Source of the DNA: Candidatus Kuenenia stuttgartensis
Lineage (GTDB): Bacteria; Planctomycetota; Planctomycetia; Pirellulales; UBA1268
Length of the DNA stretch: 64,000 bases
Reading direction: 5' to 3'
NCBI GenBank assembly: GCA_945891385.1
Contig: CAMDDJ010000005.1
Coordinates: 5,819 to 69,818, forward strand
The translations under genes and the position numbers were made by a program. Positions 59,057-64,000 of this stretch are shown here, in pieces (the first letter of the stretch is position 1; each line of letters opens with the position of its first letter). The notes under the pieces are model-generated. The model was not told the DNA's origin. It was given only the letters and a program-made list of their open reading frames with translations, and made no database searches.

Positions 59057-61327
59057 CTACAGCATCTCGACCGGATCGACATCCACGATCCAGGCGATGC
59101 CGTCGGGGGTCTTGAGGCCGGCCGTGGCCCGCTGCACGAGCTGCCGCAGCGCCGGCCCGTCGGGGCCGTGCACCTGGAGGTGCCAGCGGAACCGTTCGCG
59201 AAGCCGCGGGATCGGGGCCGGCGCCGGCCCGAGCACCCGCACGCCTCCGGCCATCGGCTCCGCTCCGGCCCGCAGCCGATCGACCAGCGTGCCGGCCCAC
59301 TCGGCCACCCGCCGCTCGTCCGCGCCCCGCACCACGAACCGGATGACGTGGCCATACGGCGGATAGAGCAGCGCCTCGCGGATCGGCAGTTCGCTCCGCA
59401 CGAAGGCCTCGTAGTCGTGGGCCGCCGCCGCTCGGATCGCCGGGTGGTCGGGCGTGCTCGTCTGCACCACGACGCGGCCCCCGAGCGGTCCGCGGCCGCT
59501 GCGGCCGGCGACCTGGGTGACGAGCTGGCAGGTTCGTTCCGCCGCCCGAAAGTCGGCCAGATGCAGCGCCGCATCGGCGTTGACCACGCCCACGAGCATC
59601 ACGTTGGGAAAGTCGAGCCCCTTGGCGATCATCTGGGTGCCTACGAGGATGTCGATCTGGCGATCGCGAAAGGCGTCGAGCGTCCGCTCGTGGCTACCGC
59701 GGCTCCGCATCGTGTCGGTGTCCATCCGGGCCACGGCCGCGTCGGGAAACGTCCGCCGCACCTGCTCCTCCAACCGCTGCGTGCCGGTACCCCGCTGGAC
59801 GAGTCCGGGGGACCGGCACTCGGGGCAATCGGCCGGCACCCGGGTGACGAGGCCACAGCCGTGGCAGATGCCCCGGCTACCCGGCTGGTGGAGCGTGAGC
59901 GCGATATCGCACTGCGGGCAGTTCATCGCATGACCGCAGGCCTGGCACTGCACGTGGGTGGCGAAACCCCGTCGGTTCAGCAGCAGCATCACCTGGCCGC
60001 CGGCGTCGAGCGCCCAGCGAATCCCGGCGGCCAGCCTCGGACTCACCGCCCCGCGGGAGCGAGCTCCCCGTTCCCGGAGATCGACGGTGATCACGGCCGG
60101 CAGTTCCGCCCCGCCCACGCGATCGGCCAACCGACACATCCGCCACTCGCCCGAAAGGCAGCGGGCAAAGGTCTCGAGCGCCGGCGTGGCGGAGCCGAGC
60201 ACGAGCGGCACCCGCTCCGCCCGGGCGATCCATTCGGCGACCTCCCGGGCGTGATACCGCGGGGCAGTCGCCTGCTTGAACGAGCTTTCGTGCTCCTCGT
60301 CGATCACGATCAGTCCAAGCCGCGGCGTCGGAGCGAAGATCGCCGACCGGGCGCCGACGACCACGTTCACTCGGCCGGCTGCGATCTCCCGCCACTGGGC
60401 GTGCCGCTCGGCGGGCGTCAGATGGCTGTGCAGCACCGCGACGGTGCCGAACCGGGCCCGGAATCGATCACACGTCTGGGGCGTGAGGCTGATCTCGGGC
60501 ACGAGCACGATCGCCTGCCGGCCATAGGAGACGGTCTCCTCGACCGCCTGGAGGTAGACCTCGGTCTTGCCGCTGCCGGTCACGCCAAAGAGCACGATCG
60601 TCTCGTGCCGCGATTCCCGCATGCAGCCGGTGATCGCGGCCAACGCACCGGCCTGGGCCGGCGAGAGCGCGGCTGGCCGGTCGTGGACGATCGCCGCCCG
60701 CTGGCCGCGGGCCGACCGGGCCACTTCCACCGACCCGACCTCCCGCAGGTGGCCCGTCTTCACCAGCCGGGCGACCACGGCCCGGCTGGCCCCCGAGGCT
60801 GCCGCCAATTGCTCGGCCGTGGCCGGTTCCATCGCGGCGGCGAGCACGCGGGCCTGGCCAGGCGTGGGCGAGCGGGGCGAGGCCAAGCCGCTGGCCACGA
60901 GCAAGGGCGAGATCCGTCCCTGCTGACGAAACCGCACACCCGCCGGCAGCACCGCCTCGAGCACCTCACCCCAGCGGGCCATCCACCGCTCGGCCATCCA
61001 CTCGGTCAGGTCGAGCATCCGCCGGGACAGGAGCGGTCGGTCGTCCTCCACGCCGGCGATGCTCTTGAGCGGCTGCTGCGGCAACTCGTCCGACCGCACG
61101 GCCACGCAATAGGCGAGCCGCATCTGGTTCGCCTTCCCGAGCGGCACGCGTACGCGGCGGCCCGGCTCGACCGCAGCGGCCAGGGCTTCCGGCACCAGAT
61201 AATCGAGCGGCTTGGCGATGCCATCGGGCAACACCACCGTGGCGATCGTGCCACGGCGGACGTCGTCTTCCTCCCACGCGGGGCGGTGGTCGAACAGATC
61301 CCGCTGAGTGGGCTGGTCAGGCGGCAT
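59057..61327 (-). CDS. priA: primosomal protein N' (replication restart helicase PriA)
   Basis: GVTGSGKTEVY, DEEHE, and the Cys-rich zinc region CQACGH..CPQCD...CHGCG. Confidence 0.9.
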   Translation of the reverse strand: MPPDQPTQRDLFDHRPAWEEDDVRRGTIATVVLPDGIAKPLDYLVPEALAAAVEPGRRVRVPLGKANQMRLAYCVAVRSDELPQQPLKSIAGVEDDRPLLSRRMLDLTEWMAERWMARWGEVLEAVLPAGVRFRQQGRISPLLVASGLASPRSPTPGQARVLAAAMEPATAEQLAAASGASRAVVARLVKTGHLREVGSVEVARSARGQRAAIVHDRPAALSPAQAGALAAITGCMRESRHETIVLFGVTGSGKTEVYLQAVEETVSYGRQAIVLVPEISLTPQTCDRFRARFGTVAVLHSHLTPAERHAQWREIAAGRVNVVVGARSAIFAPTPRLGLIVIDEEHESSFKQATAPRYHAREVAEWIARAERVPLVLGSATPALETFARCLSGEWRMCRLADRVGGAELPAVITVDLRERGARSRGAVSPRLAAGIRWALDAGGQVMLLLNRRGFATHVQCQACGHAMNCPQCDIALTLHQPGSRGICHGCGLVTRVPADCPECRSPGLVQRGTGTQRLEEQVRRTFPDAAVARMDTDTMRSRGSHERTLDAFRDRQIDILVGTQMIAKGLDFPNVMLVGVVNADAALHLADFRAAERTCQLVTQVAGRSGRGPLGGRVVVQTSTPDHPAIRAAAAHDYEAFVRSELPIREALLYPPYGHVIRFVVRGADERRVAEWAGTLVDRLRAGAEPMAGGVRVLGPAPAPIPRLRERFRWHLQVHGPDGPALRQLVQRATAGLKTPDGIAWIVDVDPVEML

Positions 61328-61389
61328 GCCGCGAATTAGACCATATGGCGGCGGCGGTTCAGCCCGCCCGGATCAGGAGCACGGCACCG

Positions 61390-62013
61390 ATGCGGATCGG
61401 GATCTACGGCGGAAGTTTCGATCCGGTCCACGCCGGCCACCTGCTCGCGGCGGAAACCGCCAGGGAACAGTCCCGGCTCGACCGCGTGATCTTCATGCCC
61501 GCCGCCGCGTCGCCCCACAAGTCCGGCATCAGACTCGCCGCCGCCGCCGATCGCCTCGCCATGCTCACACTGGCCACGGCGGGCCACGATGCTTTTTCCG
61601 TATCTCCGATCGAACTCGACCGCGGCGGCCCGAGTTACACCGTTGATACCCTTGGCGAACTCGCCCGAGCCCATCCACAGGACAAACTCGTGCTGATCCT
61701 CGGGCCCGACGCGCTGGCGAGCTTCGCCACCTGGCGGGAGCCGGCCCGGATCGCGGCGCTCGCCGAACTCGTGCCGGTGGAACGGGAAATGCTCGACGAC
61801 GTGGCCGCGCTCGCAACCGCCGGAGGACTTGCCGCCGTCCTGGGACCAGAGGAAACGGCCGCCTTGGTCGCCCGGCGAGTGCGGATGCCGGCGATCGGCA
61901 TACGGGCCACCGGCATCCGCGCGGCCATCGCAGCCGGACGCAGCATCCGCTACCAGATGCCCCGTGCTGTCGAGCGATTCATCCAGACGCACGGCCTCTA
62001 CCGCTCGCGCTAA
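61390..62013 (+). CDS. nadD: nicotinate-nucleotide adenylyltransferase
   Basis: GIYGGSFDPVHAGH motif. Start MRIGIYGG at 61390. Confidence 0.88.
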   Translation: MRIGIYGGSFDPVHAGHLLAAETAREQSRLDRVIFMPAAASPHKSGIRLAAAADRLAMLTLATAGHDAFSVSPIELDRGGPSYTVDTLGELARAHPQDKLVLILGPDALASFATWREPARIAALAELVPVEREMLDDVAALATAGGLAAVLGPEETAALVARRVRMPAIGIRATGIRAAIAAGRSIRYQMPRAVERFIQTHGLYRSR

Positions 62014-62055
62014 GACCAGCGAACGGGGATGACGAATGGGCACCCAAAGCGGAAG

Positions 62056-62136
62056 AGGCTCGGGGGTCGGCGAACGCTCGCGGAGCATCGGGGCGTATCC
62101 TCGCCCACGACGCGACTTTTGCCGCCCCCGAGCCGG
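62056..62136 (+). repeat. family 1 element, copy 5 (closest to consensus)
   Basis: AGGCTCGGGGGTCGGCGAACGCTCGCGGAGCATCGGGGCGTATCCTCGCCCACGACGCGACTTTTGCCGCCCCCGAGCCGG. Lies between the convergent nadD and 62145-62414 genes. Confidence 0.75.
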
Positions 62137-62144
62137 CGATTCAC

Positions 62145-62414
62145 CTACCGCGGATCCGATCTGACGGCAGCGAGCCGAGCAGCGAGGAGGCGGCTCTTCG
62201 GCTCGGTCGCGACCCGCGGATCCTCCGCCAACGCGGCCACGAGTACCGAAAGCCGCTGGGCGGGGGCCTGTTCGAGATTCACGAGCAGCGTCCTCACGCC
62301 ACCCACGAGGCACAGCCCGCCCGGCAGATCACCGAGCAGCTCCTCCCGGACTTCGTAGCCGAGGTCGATCGCCACCTGCCGCGCTTCCTCGAGCAGCCCA
62401 AGGGTGTCATTCAT
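62145..62414 (-). CDS. small hypothetical protein
   Basis: 89-aa ORF with non-shadow-like composition (Leu/Glu-rich). No family recognised. Confidence 0.45.
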   Translation of the reverse strand: MNDTLGLLEEARQVAIDLGYEVREELLGDLPGGLCLVGGVRTLLVNLEQAPAQRLSVLVAALAEDPRVATEPKSRLLAARLAAVRSDPR

Positions 62415-62435
62415 AGCGTGAGCGGCTCCCGCCAG

Positions 62436-63179
62436 TCAGCGCGGGCCGCGGGAGGGCAGGCCACGCTCGACCCGTCGCTCCTCCATCGCCCGACGCCACT
62501 CTGTGTAACGGGCCCGCTCTTCGGGGTTCGTGCGATCGACCATCGATTTTCGCCAGCGATTTCGCTCTTCTTCCGAGCGACTTCCCCAGGACGAACTGCC
62601 CGGTCCCGGTGGTGGCCCCCCCGCGGGACGACTGCCCCCGGCCTGGGCCGAAGCTCCGCCCTGCCCGGAACCGCCGGCTTGTCCGCCCCCGACCGCGCTG
62701 ACCAAGGCCCGGCCGGCCTCGAAGGCCTTCCGCATCATCTCTTCCTGGTCGATCTGTCGATCGATCTCAGCCTGCCGCTTCTCGGGCGGCTGGGCGAAGT
62801 AATTATCGATCCGGGCCCGGAAGGCCGACTGAAACATTCGCTGCCCCGACCGCTCCGCCTGCGGCCGAAGGTGCTCCGGCAAGGCCTCGACCTTCTGCCG
62901 AATCTCCATCATCGAGCTCATCATGGCGGTGGCGTCGGTGAGATTCGTCGGGCCCCCGCTCTGCCCAAACCGCGCCATGGCCTGATCCTGGAGTGCCAGG
63001 ATCTCCGTGACCCGCGGATCGGTCGTGAATCGGATCCAGCCGGCGAGCCAGGCGATCAAAAATGCCAGCACCGCCACGAGCAGAATGACGGCGCCGGTGA
63101 TCACCGCCCGGGAGGGGCCGCCAGCCGACGTCGCCGCGGGCGGGCTGGAACGGGAGGTTCGGGCCGTGGCCATGCTCAT
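62436..63179 (-). CDS. hypothetical membrane-anchored protein with Gly/Ser-rich and Arg/Glu-rich C-terminal region
   Basis: Start MSMATART at 63179, one TM (AVITGAVILLVAVLAFLIAWLAGWI), and a coiled/charged tail. Confidence 0.5.
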   Translation of the reverse strand: MSMATARTSRSSPPAATSAGGPSRAVITGAVILLVAVLAFLIAWLAGWIRFTTDPRVTEILALQDQAMARFGQSGGPTNLTDATAMMSSMMEIRQKVEALPEHLRPQAERSGQRMFQSAFRARIDNYFAQPPEKRQAEIDRQIDQEEMMRKAFEAGRALVSAVGGGQAGGSGQGGASAQAGGSRPAGGPPPGPGSSSWGSRSEEERNRWRKSMVDRTNPEERARYTEWRRAMEERRVERGLPSRGPR

Positions 63180-63229
63180 CGTCGCGGTGCTCCGGTCTGG
63201 GCGAGTGAAGGAGGAACGAAATCGGTCGG

Positions 63230-63988
63230 TCAGAGGTTCTCGACGTGGCCGTCGAGGTAGAGGAAGTTGCGGGCCCCCTCGGGAGGCGTAGGCCGGTCGT
63301 TGAAGTCGGTTTCCTCCGCGGTCGGCAGGAATTGGAAACCGCCGTGGAAGCCGCTGAACTCGTACATGATCCAGAGTTTGCTCGACGCGCCCTGGCTCCC
63401 GCGGTAGCTGAGGGCGTCTTCTCGGGTGCGGCCCACCGTCTTGGCGACGATCTTGCCCGTGTTCGGGTCGGTCACCGACGTGGTCTCGGTCAGCCGCCGG
63501 GCGGGGTATTCGTAGCTCGTGCCCTCGTATGGAACGCCATCGTATTCCGCCGGGCGGGCGGCTGTCGGGATCCGAGCCCAATTCGCAGCGATCTCCTGGG
63601 CCTTCGGCGAGCCCGGGTCGCGGATGAAATAGGTCGTGTCAGACGGGCAGCGGAAGCCCTGCCGATTGTTCTCCATGAACGGCCCGAGCACCGCAACGAT
63701 GCTCGGCTTGATCGGCCGATTGGGCGCGTAAAAGGTCAACTCCTCACTCGGGATGATCGCCGCATCGGGAAAACGTCCCTTTGTCTTGCGGTCGAGATAG
63801 AGGTTCATCGCGATCCCGACCTGCTTGAGGTTCGACTTGCAGGCGGTGCGTCGGGCGGCTTCTCGGGCCGACTGCACCGCAGGAAGCAGCAGCCCGAGCA
63901 TCAGCCCAATGATCGCGATGACGACCAGGAGTTCGACGAGGGTGAACGCCCGGCGTGGGTGGACCGGCGAGACGGGGTGCGGCTGCAT
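63230..63988 (-). CDS. DUF1559 protein with prepilin-type N-terminal cleavage/methylation domain and H-X9-DG tail
   Basis: [37 protein letters not shown]-terminus and a C-terminal [10 protein letters not shown]. This is the hallmark planctomycete family. Confidence 0.85.
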   Translation of the reverse strand: MQPHPVSPVHPRRAFTLVELLVVIAIIGLMLGLLLPAVQSAREAARRTACKSNLKQVGIAMNLYLDRKTKGRFPDAAIIPSEELTFYAPNRPIKPSIVAVLGPFMENNRQGFRCPSDTTYFIRDPGSPKAQEIAANWARIPTAARPAEYDGVPYEGTSYEYPARRLTETTSVTDPNTGKIVAKTVGRTREDALSYRGSQGASSKLWIMYEFSGFHGGFQFLPTAEETDFNDRPTPPEGARNFLYLDGHVENL

Positions 63989-64000
63989 GGCGGGGCGAAG

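Noticed and set aside
58997-61339. 780-aa plus-strand ORF
   Set aside because: It is an antisense shadow of priA. The same reasoning discards 19562..21694 (antisense to cytochrome b), 5028..6716 (thiC), 12555..14345 (cytochrome c), 23912..25708 (ppx), 29355..31082, 39610..41121, 41067..42578 and 45650..47290.
30707-62136. CRISPR array explanation for the recurring ~81-bp sequences
   Set aside because: The copies are tens of kilobases apart and irregularly spaced. One is inverted and all are internally palindromic. There are no short regular spacers and no cas genes.

Overview
This is a high-GC, gene-dense chromosomal segment. Sampled 60-nt lines are about 70% GC in the core regions. It looks planctomycetal: a DUF1559/prepilin-type protein with an H-X9-DG tail, a BBP7-like barrel, a PEP-CTERM protein, a Fae homologue, futalosine-pathway genes, and cytochrome b fused to c-type haem motifs. 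I support about 50 CDSs, mostly housekeeping: an ABC transporter pair, ispF, cysS, thiC, mgtE, gdh, a Rieske/cytochrome b pair, nrnA-like, ribF, ppx, accB/accC, a PPi-type PFK, hisB/hisC/hisD, glyQS, ubiE/ubiX/ubiA-like plus an Mqn radical-SAM gene, recG, rnhA, priA and nadD. I saw no rRNA, tRNA or CRISPR array. Many long ORFs in the track are antisense shadow frames and were discarded. Several gene pairs are joined by ATGA start/stop overlaps. Four things stand out. (1) At 6.7-12.7 kb the last ~48 codons of a di-haem cytochrome c gene occur three times as direct repeats. They delimit two cassettes. One is a lower-GC 4.2-kb block carrying a single 1338-aa mosaic secreted protein. The other is a 1.2-kb block with an IS91-like transposase remnant and an RHH/GNAT toxin-antitoxin pair. 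No recombinase is present. (2) The four-gene ligase-associated DNA damage response set (MBL exonuclease, ATP-dependent ligase, Lhr-like DExH helicase, PdeM) is interrupted. The extra genes are a barrel protein and a small DUF3127-like OB-fold protein that ends in DDDVPF, the signature of the SSB C-terminal tip. (3) An ~81-bp intergenic element with long terminal inverted repeats occurs five times. One copy carries a nested second element with its own 16-bp inverted repeats. (4) thiC has no recognisable TPP riboswitch, and its leader directly abuts the oldest cytochrome-gene remnant. All calls come from reading the sequence and translations by eye. Start codons are often ambiguous, and no database search was run.
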